Shown here: piece by piece, positions 36,577 to 45,387 of the stretch
Numbering within the stretch: the first letter of the stretch is position 1
Layout: each line of letters starts with the position of its first letter
The notes under the pieces: generated by a model
What the model was told of the DNA's origin: nothing
Database searches by the model: none
What the model saw: only the letters and a program-made list of their open reading frames with translations
Program-made: the position numbers and the translations under genes
Virus record (IMG/VR): IMGVR_UViG_3300021963_000049
Coordinates: 32,001 to 96,000 of that record
Strand: one strand, 5' to 3'
Length of the DNA stretch: 64,000 nt
From: a virus

Positions 36577-36759
36577 ATGAGGATTTATATTATAAAGTCC
36601 GGGAAAGAGTATGAGGCTAGCATATCAGACCCAGATCCAGATACACAACAGGTTATGTATTTGGTAGAGAAAATTGTAAGCATGATGAATCTGCCAAAGC
36701 AAGAGGTAGATGATTATATATTAGGATGGGCTGAAGAGATTAAACAAGTATTGAAATGA
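36577..36759 (+). CDS. Hypothetical protein (60 aa)
   Basis: ATG 36577 (MRIYIIKSGK); ATGA coupling to the next gene. Confidence 0.7.
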   Translation: MRIYIIKSGKEYEASISDPDPDTQQVMYLVEKIVSMMNLPKQEVDDYILGWAEEIKQVLK

Positions 36760-37199
36760 AGAAAGTAGATATGGGTAAGTATGTACTCCTTGCTGGTAAG
36801 GATGCAACAGAGATATTTGATTATTATGATGTACCTGAGATGCATGGTCTCAACCGTGATGATGCTCAGGCAGAAGAAGTAGATAAGACTTCTGGCAATG
36901 GAGTTTATATTTATGGTTGGACTAACTATGATCCAGCTGACAAGAAGCTTACAGCAAAGGCTCCTTACAAACCATTCTTGTTTATTAACCTTGGTACTTT
37001 TAAAAAGTATTCTCTTACAGAAAAAGCTACAGCTGTTATGCATGAAACTATGCATATGAGTTTGTTACTTAATAACTGGAACATCAAGGATAAAGAAGAA
37101 GAGGCAATTGGTTTTGCTGAAGAACAAGCTAATAAGATTATTGATATGCTAGGATTTGGTACTAAAGAACAACCTAAGAAAGGGTTCTTTAAAAAATAA
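36756..37199 (+). CDS. HExxH-containing putative metallopeptidase
   Basis: VMHETMH...EEEA. Confidence 0.6.
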   Translation: MKKVDMGKYVLLAGKDATEIFDYYDVPEMHGLNRDDAQAEEVDKTSGNGVYIYGWTNYDPADKKLTAKAPYKPFLFINLGTFKKYSLTEKATAVMHETMHMSLLLNNWNIKDKEEEAIGFAEEQANKIIDMLGFGTKEQPKKGFFKK

Positions 37200-37202
37200 T
37201 AT

Positions 37203-37835
37203 ATGGCACATATAGAACACAATTTTTTTCCTCTTAAAGTATTTGTTAGGAATGAGTACATGTACCAGAATAAGAAAGGTCAAGGTGAATTTACTCCAGG
37301 GGTAGTTATTTCAGTAAGATGCATGCCAGGGCAAGCTGCACTGTTTCAGGTACTCCTTGAGAATGGAGTACTTAGAGATAAGCTACCCTCACATGCGTTG
37401 CTTACTAAACCAGAGCTACCTAAACCGGATCTTCCTTTTCATCATCTGCAGATATGGAACTGTTTTTCTTATAATTTTACTGTGCTTCATTTATCATATC
37501 TTTATGATACCCCAGTAGAAGTGTATATGAAAGATAGAAAGTTTTACCCTGGTAAATATCATGCTACTATTAATTGGGGATCTAATGATCTTAACACAGA
37601 TTTATCTTTGGCTGAGGATGCTCTAGAGCATAAGTCTCACCATATTATATTATTAGATAATGGGCAGATTGCTCTACAACCTAACAATAGAATTAAATGG
37701 TCGGAGCCAAGTTTTGTTACTAAACCATTCCCTGAGAAACCAGATTATCTGGTTAATACAGATTATTATAACTGTGAAGGGTTTGATAAATGGCATACAG
37801 AAGATTCTGATAGAATGTTCTATGATACTGAATAA
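37203..37835 (+). CDS. Conserved phage protein
   Basis: LQIWNCFSY...EHKSHHIILLDNGQIALQPNNRI pattern. Confidence 0.8.
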   Translation: MAHIEHNFFPLKVFVRNEYMYQNKKGQGEFTPGVVISVRCMPGQAALFQVLLENGVLRDKLPSHALLTKPELPKPDLPFHHLQIWNCFSYNFTVLHLSYLYDTPVEVYMKDRKFYPGKYHATINWGSNDLNTDLSLAEDALEHKSHHIILLDNGQIALQPNNRIKWSEPSFVTKPFPEKPDYLVNTDYYNCEGFDKWHTEDSDRMFYDTE

Positions 37836-37842
37836 TACCCCA

Positions 37843-38023
37843 CCAGTATGTAAATACTGGGACCTCATGGTGATACTGTTGCCATGATATATGTACCAGA
37901 CAGCATACCGTAAGATCTGCTCACTACACTGGTCTTTTTGGTTACTGGGAAAGCAGAGATCTGTATAACTAGTAACAACCCCAGATAAGTTTCTTTGGCC
38001 AAGAAGTACTATCTGGGTTTTTT
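37843..38023 (+). ncRNA. Five-hairpin structured RNA ending in a terminator
   Basis: CCAGTAT-GTAA-ATACTGG (GNRA loop), TCATGGTGA/TTGCCATGA, ACCAG/CTGGT, GTTACTGG/CTAGTAAC, CCCAGATA/TATCTGGG plus T6. Confidence 0.6.
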
Positions 38024-38025
38024 AT

Positions 38026-38127
38026 TATATTTGCTTTGTAATGTTCAAGTATTTAAATTTAGAGTATTTAGATTTAGACATTAATTTTGACGAAGCTGAA
38101 AGCCCTAGATATTTTTCTAGGGTTTTT
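38026..38127 (+). ncRNA. Promoter-sRNA-terminator unit U2
   Basis: TATATTTG, ~65 nt, CCCTAGA/TCTAGGG hairpin and T5. Confidence 0.45.
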
Positions 38128-38148
38128 AGTTTAAACAAAAAAAGTTTT

Positions 38149-38156
38149 TATATTTG
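38149..38156 (+). promoter_or_regulatory. Bacteroidota-type -7 element (TATATTTG)
   Basis: 18 nt upstream of ATG 38175. Confidence 0.6.
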
Positions 38157-38174
38157 CTAACCAACAAATTGTGT

Positions 38175-38369
38175 ATGAGTGAGAAGACAGTTCTGCATAT
38201 TACCATAGATGAAGATGATAACATCAAAGTGGATGTAAATGTAAAGGAGTTTGATATACTAGCTCTTGTAGGTTTAATGGAGCAAATTAAACTTGATATA
38301 TTTAAAGAGAATCTCCCATTGACAAAGGAGATAATTACTAAACTTCCAAATAATAACTATGATGCATAA
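38175..38369 (+). CDS. Hypothetical protein
   Basis: MSEKTVLHITIDEDD...; ATG preferred over upstream TTG. Confidence 0.7.
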   Translation: MSEKTVLHITIDEDDNIKVDVNVKEFDILALVGLMEQIKLDIFKENLPLTKEIITKLPNNNYDA

Positions 38370-38613
38370 GTATGTAAAAAAGCCTGTGGTTATAGAGGCT
38401 ATGCAATGGACTGGAGATAATACAAAAGAAGTTTTAGAATTTTGCCCGGACTGTTTTACTTATGAAAGAAATAATAAAGATGTATTTGTAGTATCTACAT
38501 TAGAAGGTAATATGAATGCATCTCTAAATGATTATATCATCAAAGGTATCAAGTCTGAGTTCTATGCTTGTAAGCCAGATGTGTTTAATCTCACATATGA
38601 TAAAGTAGATTAA
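38359..38613 (+). CDS. Conserved phage protein (KKPVVIEA...YxCKPDxF family)
   Basis: Recognisable widespread phage family: STLEG.M.AS..DYIIKG..EFYACKPDVF. Confidence 0.8.
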   Translation: MMHKYVKKPVVIEAMQWTGDNTKEVLEFCPDCFTYERNNKDVFVVSTLEGNMNASLNDYIIKGIKSEFYACKPDVFNLTYDKVD

Positions 38614-38614
38614 G

Positions 38615-38983
38615 GTGACAAAGCAAGAGTTGGACATATGGAGAGCTGTGACCAATTTCACTAAGGGCCAGGAAGGAGCCAACTTAAAAGCAAGAGAATT
38701 ATATGAACAATTAAAAACCAACAATATGGAAAATAAAGATGCAGTAGTTATAGAAGAAAAAATCTTTTCATTTGGAGAGATTCTAGTAGGTATAGAATTT
38801 AATCCATCTAATGATGAGAAAGTATTTCAAGTAAAACAAAAGTTTGCAGAGATAGCTAATCTATTAAAGGATGAGTATAATAATAGTGCTAAGTCTCCTG
38901 TAAAGAGTTTGGTATTTGATCATGCAATAGGTGAAATCCTAAATGCTCAAATGTCAGTAGTTAAATTAATAACAATGAAGTAA
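38615..38983 (+). CDS. Helical-hairpin protein, possible Acb2/Tad1-like nucleotide sponge (alternative start 38726)
   Basis: FGEILVGIEFNPS...VKQKFAEIA...AIGEILNAQMSVVK; resemblance judged by eye only. Confidence 0.5.
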   Translation: MTKQELDIWRAVTNFTKGQEGANLKARELYEQLKTNNMENKDAVVIEEKIFSFGEILVGIEFNPSNDEKVFQVKQKFAEIANLLKDEYNNSAKSPVKSLVFDHAIGEILNAQMSVVKLITMK

Positions 38984-39258
38984 TGGTAGTAAGAGGAAAA
39001 AGGTTACTGGTTACAGTACCAGAATTAAAAAAGACATCTGTTGAGTTATCAGCTAAGGATGAAGAAATGAGAATGCAAGATGCAATCAAGCTGTGGACAA
39101 AACTAGAAGTATTTGCAGTAGGTAATGAAGTAGAGGGAATTAACCCGGGAGATAAAGTGTATATCCAAACATATGCATTAGAATCTGCAGAAAGAATTGA
39201 AGTAGATGGAGTAATAAAATTATTAATTCCAGACCAGGCTGTTGCAATTATATATTAG
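38983..39258 (+). CDS. GroES/Cpn10-like co-chaperonin
   Basis: RGKRLLV...EVFAVGNEV..INPGDKV...IEVDG..LLI pattern, 91 aa. Confidence 0.75.
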   Translation: MVVRGKRLLVTVPELKKTSVELSAKDEEMRMQDAIKLWTKLEVFAVGNEVEGINPGDKVYIQTYALESAERIEVDGVIKLLIPDQAVAIIY

Positions 39259-39340
39259 TATATTTGTATCTGCTTTAAGTTCATAATAATAGTTAGATGG
39301 TAAAAGTTCTCAGGTCATATTTGGTCTGAGAATTTTTTTT
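39259..39340 (+). ncRNA. Promoter-sRNA-terminator unit U3
   Basis: TATATTTG, ~40 nt, TTCTCAGGTCA/TGGTCTGAGAA hairpin and T8. Confidence 0.55.
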
Positions 39341-39419
39341 ATATTTGTATATCCAAGCAAACAAGCAATAGTGATAGGTAAGAAGATCCTCAGATTTATT
39401 TCTGGGGATTTTGTTTTTT
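39340..39419 (+). ncRNA. Promoter-sRNA-terminator unit U4
   Basis: TATATTTG, ~38 nt, ATCCTCAGA/TCTGGGGAT hairpin and T-tract. Confidence 0.5.
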
Positions 39420-39464
39420 AAAATATTTTACTTATATTAAGTATGTAATATATTATTTGTAATC

Positions 39465-40145
39465 ATGGATATTCTAAATTTTTTAAACTTAAGAACGCAG
39501 CGTCTAGTAAAGACAACTGCTAATAATCCTGAAACAGACTTAATAGTGCTAGGCGCAGATGTAGGTTTTCAGAAAAGAGATGATAGGTACCAAACCTATG
39601 CTATGCCTTTGGCAGATGCAGTAAAGGCTGGATCTATTGCTAATAACACTTTTGAAACTACTACTTATGATATATTTCCATTTGTAATAACTCCTTTTAT
39701 AAATAAGTCAGACTATGCAATAATTGACACAAATACAGGAAGTACATTGCAAGCATGGACTATACAAGGTACTATTCTTTTAACTGGATATAATAGTTAT
39801 GCAGAGCCTCTTGGAACTATAGTAATAGAAGGAGGAGCATCATCAGATATTCAAAACTGGAAAACAAGTGGTGCAGTTTCATTTGATAGTTTCTTACCAG
39901 GTGTAACTGAGTCACAACCATTAGGATTAATAAACTTATTAGAGGACAGTGTGGGTGGTGCTGATTATGCACAGATTTCAATAGGTCAATTCCCAACAGT
40001 AGTAGGTGCAAATCTTGAGATTGATGTAGTTATGTTTGTTGGATCTTGTCCAATAACAGCTGGTCCTGCTGGTACTTTTGAAGGTGAGGTTTCTTTTCAA
40101 ATAGAATTTTTAGCAGATGCTAATTATAATGTTACACTTAACTAA
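39465..40145 (+). CDS. Structural protein (fibre/decoration-like), paralog 1
   Basis: Shares the N-terminal ~55 aa with 40291-40860; beta-rich C-terminus. Confidence 0.7.
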   Translation: MDILNFLNLRTQRLVKTTANNPETDLIVLGADVGFQKRDDRYQTYAMPLADAVKAGSIANNTFETTTYDIFPFVITPFINKSDYAIIDTNTGSTLQAWTIQGTILLTGYNSYAEPLGTIVIEGGASSDIQNWKTSGAVSFDSFLPGVTESQPLGLINLLEDSVGGADYAQISIGQFPTVVGANLEIDVVMFVGSCPITAGPAGTFEGEVSFQIEFLADANYNVTLN

Positions 40146-40159
40146 ATAAACTTAGAGTC

Positions 40160-40288
40160 ATGGCAAAGAAGAAAACAGCAAATCCAAAAGTTTTAGAAAA
40201 ACAGGCTAAATTTAATAAATTAAGAAAGCAACCTTCAGAAAGAGTTGCTGCTTTAATAGCACAGTATAATGCGCAAAAAAATAGATAA
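40160..40288 (+). CDS. Small basic protein (42 aa)
   Basis: Read by hand: MAKKKTANPKVLEKQAKFNKLRKQPSERVAALIAQYNAQKNR. Confidence 0.65.
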   Translation: MAKKKTANPKVLEKQAKFNKLRKQPSERVAALIAQYNAQKNR

Positions 40289-40290
40289 TC

Positions 40291-40860
40291 ATGGATATTT
40301 TAAATTGGCTCTATATAAAAAAAGAGCAGTTAATAAGAACAAAAGCTAATAATCCTGACACGGACTTAGTAGCACTTGGTGCTAATGTAGGTTTTAATAA
40401 GAGAGATGATCAATATCAAACTTATGCAATGCCACTTAAAGATCTTGTTCAAGCTGGTAATGAAGGTAATACTAAACATTATGAGTTAGATATGACTGTA
40501 ACAAATACAGTTACAGTAGATACTCCAAGAGGTATTATTGATATTACTGGAATGGGTACTGCACCTTTTTTAACTCCTGATCCAGCATTTGCTTTTCAAA
40601 CACCTTTTTATATTAATAATCCAGATCTAGATCTTACAGTAGCTAATAGAGATAATGTATATTTACAGTACTCTGTATATTATGCATTTGCTCCTACAGA
40701 TGACAATGCTATTCCATATCTTATTTCTACAGGATTTATAATTCCAAATGGTGTAGGATTTAATCTATATAATGCTAATCCAGCAGCTGCACCTGTTGCA
40801 CCAAACAACCAATGGACCGGAGCCTTGTATGTTTACTATGAACTTTATACAATTAACTAA
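40291..40860 (+). CDS. Structural protein (fibre/decoration-like), paralog 2
   Basis: MDILN...ANNP.TDL..LGA.VGF.KRDD.YQTYAMPL shared with paralog 1. Confidence 0.7.
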   Translation: MDILNWLYIKKEQLIRTKANNPDTDLVALGANVGFNKRDDQYQTYAMPLKDLVQAGNEGNTKHYELDMTVTNTVTVDTPRGIIDITGMGTAPFLTPDPAFAFQTPFYINNPDLDLTVANRDNVYLQYSVYYAFAPTDDNAIPYLISTGFIIPNGVGFNLYNANPAAAPVAPNNQWTGALYVYYELYTIN

Positions 40861-40862
40861 TT

Positions 40863-41243
40863 ATGTCAGTAGGAAATTTAAAAGACTATGGTAACAAAGG
40901 AAATAATTTTCCTTTCCAGCTTAAAGTATTAGAAGGATTACAGGCTATTCTAGATGGTAACTGTTGTGAAGATATACTTCTTGCACTAGCTGATATAGAT
41001 ACTAAATTAAAGTCAAATCCCAGAACTCCAAAAATTATATCTAGTTCAACAACTGGAGCAACAATAGCTGGCTGGTATAGTTTTTCTATAGCAAATGTAG
41101 GAGCTGCAGCAGGACTTGTAGATGGAGTTTCAATTCCTGCAGGAACTACTCTTAACTTTGATGCTGGAGTATTAAACAATACACTTGGAAGTTTACCATA
41201 TGATGCAACAGGTACTACATTTATTATTACATATGTAGCTTAA
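40863..41243 (+). CDS. Structural protein (MSVGNLKD.GNKGNNFP.QLK family)
   Basis: 126 aa, G/T/A-rich, in the tail module. Confidence 0.7.
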   Translation: MSVGNLKDYGNKGNNFPFQLKVLEGLQAILDGNCCEDILLALADIDTKLKSNPRTPKIISSSTTGATIAGWYSFSIANVGAAAGLVDGVSIPAGTTLNFDAGVLNNTLGSLPYDATGTTFIITYVA

Positions 41244-41800
41244 TGAGTACAACTATTTATCTTAATTCTTCTTTTGTACCAGTTACAATTAATTATGGAT
41301 TATTTGCTCAAACAGCAAACAGTATCCCTATTACAAATACTACTGTAGAAACATCTTTAATAAATGGAGGTGTAGGTACACTATCAGTTCCTGCTAATGG
41401 ATTTAAAGTAGGAGATAGCTTTAGAGCAGTAATTGCTGGAGTATTAAATGTTACTAATAATCAAACTATACAAATAAGAGTAAAGGATGGAACTTCAATA
41501 CTAGTAGATAGTGGACCTAAATCTATCTCAAATATTACAGGAGATATCTTTTCTCTAAATATAGACTTTACTATAAGGCAGTTAGGAGCAGCTGGTGTAG
41601 CATCTATTGTAACTTTAGGCACCTTTCATTATACTAAAACATCAAACGGTGTCAATGAAGGTTTTGCATTTAATGCAGTCAATAACACCACATTTGATAC
41701 TACAATAAGTAATACATTAGATGTAACTGTACAATGGGGAGCTGCTAATCCAGGTAATAGTATATATAGTGATATATTTGTTTTAAATAAGATATATTAA
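41243..41800 (+). CDS. Tail-associated beta-rich protein
   Basis: 185 aa, T/N/G-rich. Confidence 0.65.
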   Translation: MSTTIYLNSSFVPVTINYGLFAQTANSIPITNTTVETSLINGGVGTLSVPANGFKVGDSFRAVIAGVLNVTNNQTIQIRVKDGTSILVDSGPKSISNITGDIFSLNIDFTIRQLGAAGVASIVTLGTFHYTKTSNGVNEGFAFNAVNNTTFDTTISNTLDVTVQWGAANPGNSIYSDIFVLNKIY

Positions 41801-42390
41801 TGAGTACTAGAATAGAATTAAAATCACAATCTACACCACCTGTTGGAGCTACATTAATGAAGACAGGTCAAACTATATCCACTAATACTGGGGATGATGG
41901 TGCTACACAGAGAGGAAGACTGTTAGACTTTTTAACATTAAATAGTAATAATCCATTTGGAAATACTAATAGATTTACAGATAAATCTGGTAATCAAACA
42001 TATACTAATTCAGTAGCTTTTGACTGGTCTACATATGATGGTTCTACAGTACTTGCTTATTATTATGGTGATAATACAACTAGACCTTGGGCAGATCAAC
42101 TTACTCAACATACAGGAGCTACATTTGATGGTTTAACAGGATGGTATTTAACCAACTTTGTTGAAATGATTAATATCATGAACTTTGGATTAATGGCTAA
42201 CTACCAATTAAACTACGCCCCTTTTAATACAACAAGAAGATATTTTTGGATATCAACTCAAGTAACTGGAACTGGTGGATGTCTTACTGATTTAGCTGGT
42301 GTAAACCCATTTACTCAAACAGGTAAACAAAATGCTTTTTGGGGTATTTGGGTAAGAGTATGTAATGTTTCAGGAACAACAATAACTTAA
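41800..42390 (+). CDS. Tail/receptor-binding protein (Lcl/DUF1566-like C-terminus possible)
   Basis: LMKTGQT...GDDG, NPFGNTNRFTD, GWYLTNFVEM and YFWIST motifs. Confidence 0.6.
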   Translation: MSTRIELKSQSTPPVGATLMKTGQTISTNTGDDGATQRGRLLDFLTLNSNNPFGNTNRFTDKSGNQTYTNSVAFDWSTYDGSTVLAYYYGDNTTRPWADQLTQHTGATFDGLTGWYLTNFVEMINIMNFGLMANYQLNYAPFNTTRRYFWISTQVTGTGGCLTDLAGVNPFTQTGKQNAFWGIWVRVCNVSGTTIT

Positions 42391-42400
42391 AATATAAATT

Positions 42401-42637
42401 ATGCCAACATATGCATTTCCACAATTTGATGTAGAGATAGTTGACCCTACAGTTACTATTGATATGAATACTATATCTGATAAAGCAATAGATAAGCTTT
42501 TAGCTGTAAATGTTTTACTTACTACAGATACAGCTAAGTTTGGAGTAAGATTAGAAGATATGCCTTATAATCCATCTTGGGAAGATTCAGATGTACCAGG
42601 AATGGTAGATTTAAAACTGCAAGAATATATTGTATAA
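42401..42637 (+). CDS. Small tail-associated protein
   Basis: 78 aa following the putative receptor-binding gene. Confidence 0.65.
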   Translation: MPTYAFPQFDVEIVDPTVTIDMNTISDKAIDKLLAVNVLLTTDTAKFGVRLEDMPYNPSWEDSDVPGMVDLKLQEYIV

Positions 42638-42937
42638 ATGGCTTATATAAATGTACAAGGAACTACTGCAGGTACTCAGATAATATATGAAGCACCTGAA
42701 GAAATTACATCTTGTATAGTTGTATATATTAGACTTAACAATCCTAATGCATACACTATAACATTATCTAGGTATGAGGCATCAACCGCATCAACAGTAA
42801 ATTTATATACAAATACATTAGCTGCCGGAGATAGTGTAATTGATACAACTACATATGTATTATATCCTGGGGATAAAATAATTTTAACTACTACATCTCC
42901 TGGAACTGTATATTTAGCATTAATAAGTAGTTTATGA
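42638..42937 (+). CDS. Structural protein
   Basis: 99 aa, YVLYPGDKI beta-sandwich-like pattern. Confidence 0.65.
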   Translation: MAYINVQGTTAGTQIIYEAPEEITSCIVVYIRLNNPNAYTITLSRYEASTASTVNLYTNTLAAGDSVIDTTTYVLYPGDKIILTTTSPGTVYLALISSL

Positions 42938-44529
42938 AACAATTAGTTGATGCAAATGGTAATATATTTGGCACATCTACAGTCCAAATTATAGGTTCAG
43001 ATGGCAAACCTAAAACAACAGGTGGATCTGGAGGTACACCATCAGGCCCGGCAGGAGGAGACTTATCTGGTACATATCCTAATCCAGCGGTAATATGGAC
43101 AAATGGTTTACCTACATATAATTTATCTTATTATCCATTAGCATCAAATCCAGCAGGATACTTAACATCATTAGCATTATCACCATATTTAACAATTACT
43201 TCTGCAGCATCAACATATTTACCAATTGGTGGTGGATCAATGACAGGTTTTTTAACATTAAATGCAGATCCTACTTCTTCCTTACATGCTGCTACAAAAC
43301 AATATGTAGATAACTTGTCAGGTGGTATTAACTTTCACGCACCTGTGCACGCAGCCACTACAGCTAATTTATCAGCTACATATTCAAATGGAGTATCTGG
43401 TGTAGGAGCAACATTAATAGCTACATTAAATGGAGCCATAGTAGTTGATACTCATACCTTAGCTGCTGGAGAAAGAGTATTAGTATGGCAACAATCTGCC
43501 GGATTAGAAAATGGTATCTATGATGTTACCAATACAGGATCACCATCTACACCATTTATACTTACTAGATCAGCTGATGCAGATAACTCACCTACAGGAG
43601 AATTACAAAATGGAGACTTTTGTTTTGTACAACAAGGAGCAACATATGGTGGATTTGGTTTTATACTAAATACAACGGGAACTATAACTGTAGGAACAAC
43701 AGCAATTAATTATGTACAGTTTAACGCTGCACAAGCAGTAGCTGCTGGATATGGTTTACAGGAGTTATCTCCAAATATACTTTCAGTAGATACCTCTTTA
43801 ATTGCAACTATTACTAGCTTAGGATCATATCTTACAACAGCATCTGCTGCAGCAACTTATTATCCTCTAACAAATCCTGCAGGGTATACATCTAACACAG
43901 GTACAGTAACTTCTATAGCTACGTCAGCTCCTATTACAGGAGGAACTATTACTGGATCAGGCACTATTGGTATAACACAGGCAACAACATCAACAGATGG
44001 GTATCTGTCTTCAACTGACTGGAATACATTTAATAATAAACAAAATAGTCTAACAGCTGGGTATGGTATTACTGGCATTCCAACTCCTGCAGTATCATTA
44101 ACATCAACTCAAGTATTTGCTACAGCAACAACTTCCATAAATGCAGCTACATATATAGATATAACTGGATGTAGTGTATCATTAGCCGCAGGGACATGGT
44201 TAATAACAGGTTTTGTAGTTGGAGCAGCAGCTAACTTAATTATACAATGTTTTGTTGCAATTAGAGATGGATCAAATAATGTTATTGCTGCAGCAGCAAT
44301 GTCAAGACCTGCCTCTGGTACAGCATCATTAAACTCCCCAATTTCAGTATCTTGGTCAGCACTTGTTACACCAGCAGCAACTACAACGTATAAGCTAAGT
44401 GCAGCTAGAGGATTAACAACACATACTTCAACTTGGACTGTGTATGATGGAACAGGTTATAATACTTCCAACCATGCTACAGATAACTCTGACAAAGGCA
44501 CTAATATATTAGCAATAAGAATTGCCTAA
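42934..44529 (+). CDS. Tail fibre protein
   Basis: 531 aa. AGGDLSGTYPNP, YYPL.SNPAGY repeats, LHAATKQYVD, ENGIY...LTRSADAD, GTVTSI and DGYLSSTDWNTFNNKQ fibre motifs. Confidence 0.85.
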   Translation: MKQLVDANGNIFGTSTVQIIGSDGKPKTTGGSGGTPSGPAGGDLSGTYPNPAVIWTNGLPTYNLSYYPLASNPAGYLTSLALSPYLTITSAASTYLPIGGGSMTGFLTLNADPTSSLHAATKQYVDNLSGGINFHAPVHAATTANLSATYSNGVSGVGATLIATLNGAIVVDTHTLAAGERVLVWQQSAGLENGIYDVTNTGSPSTPFILTRSADADNSPTGELQNGDFCFVQQGATYGGFGFILNTTGTITVGTTAINYVQFNAAQAVAAGYGLQELSPNILSVDTSLIATITSLGSYLTTASAAATYYPLTNPAGYTSNTGTVTSIATSAPITGGTITGSGTIGITQATTSTDGYLSSTDWNTFNNKQNSLTAGYGITGIPTPAVSLTSTQVFATATTSINAATYIDITGCSVSLAAGTWLITGFVVGAAANLIIQCFVAIRDGSNNVIAAAAMSRPASGTASLNSPISVSWSALVTPAATTTYKLSAARGLTTHTSTWTVYDGTGYNTSNHATDNSDKGTNILAIRIA

Positions 44530-44598
44530 GTAGTTATACGTAATTTGTAAAATTTTTTGTATATTATATATATATTTATAATTATAATAACAATAGAA

Positions 44599-44880
44599 AT
44601 GGATTCAGCAACAATAAGTATGTACGGCATAGGAGCAATAGTAGCAGTAATAGGCTACTTTTTAAGAATGACTCATATGGACCTTAAAAAAGTTATGGAT
44701 AACCAAGTCAAAGTACTTGAAGACCAGGGTAAATTAAAAGGTAAAATAGAACTTGTAGAACAAGAATCTAGACTAAAATATCAGGCACTTGCTGAATCAA
44801 CACAGTTAGAGATAAAAAACTTAGCAAGAAATGTAAGTGAACTATCAACAGCTGTAAAAGAATTAATTATAAACAGATGA
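44599..44880 (+). CDS. Membrane protein with coiled coil (holin/spanin-like)
   Basis: N-terminal transmembrane helix plus coiled coil; upstream of the amidase. Confidence 0.6.
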   Translation: MDSATISMYGIGAIVAVIGYFLRMTHMDLKKVMDNQVKVLEDQGKLKGKIELVEQESRLKYQALAESTQLEIKNLARNVSELSTAVKELIINR

Positions 44881-45059
44881 TGAATAGATATTATAGACCC
44901 ACACCAATTAAGTGGAGAAAAGTAGGTGATGCTCTTTTAGCAGCAAGCACTACTATAACTACATTTGCAATCTATGAGCAAGTGGAATGGTTAGCATATG
45001 TAGCTCTAATAACTGGTGTTGTGGGTAAATTCTTAACTAACTTGTTTGTAAGGAAGTAA
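44877..45059 (+). CDS. Putative holin
   Basis: PTPIKWRKVGD followed by two transmembrane helices. Confidence 0.65.
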   Translation: MMNRYYRPTPIKWRKVGDALLAASTTITTFAIYEQVEWLAYVALITGVVGKFLTNLFVRK

Positions 45060-45088
45060 CAAGTTTAATATAAATCAAAATCAACAAC

Positions 45089-45385
45089 ATGGCAAAGAAA
45101 AAAGTAAATGTTGATGTAACTGTAGAGACAGAAAAGTCAAAGGTTACTGTACAGAAAAAAGAAAAGAAGGTTAAAGTAGCAGTAGATACTCCTAATGTGG
45201 ATGTTACTTATAACCAAGAAGATGAAAGTAACAAAGAATTTGTACTAGATAGTAAAAATCTTGATGTTACAGTAAAAAAAGAAGCTGACAAAACTACAGT
45301 AGAAGTAAAGTCAGAAAAAGGCTTTCTTAAGCAAGTAGGCAAAGTTCTTTCTAAAGTAGTTCTTAAAAGATTCAAAAAGAATTAG
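45089..45385 (+). CDS. K/V-rich hypothetical protein
   Basis: 98 aa with repeated DVTV-type beta strands. Confidence 0.7.
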   Translation: MAKKKVNVDVTVETEKSKVTVQKKEKKVKVAVDTPNVDVTYNQEDESNKEFVLDSKNLDVTVKKEADKTTVEVKSEKGFLKQVGKVLSKVVLKRFKKN

Positions 45386-45387
45386 TC

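Noticed and set aside
38041-38160. 39-aa leaderless ORF MFKYLNLEYL...
   Set aside because: Reads through the U2 terminator and the next promoter; the sRNA interpretation is preferred, though a peptide is not excluded.
39465-44529. Diversity-generating retroelement acting on tail genes
   Set aside because: No reverse transcriptase and no adenine-specific template/variable repeat pair in this window.
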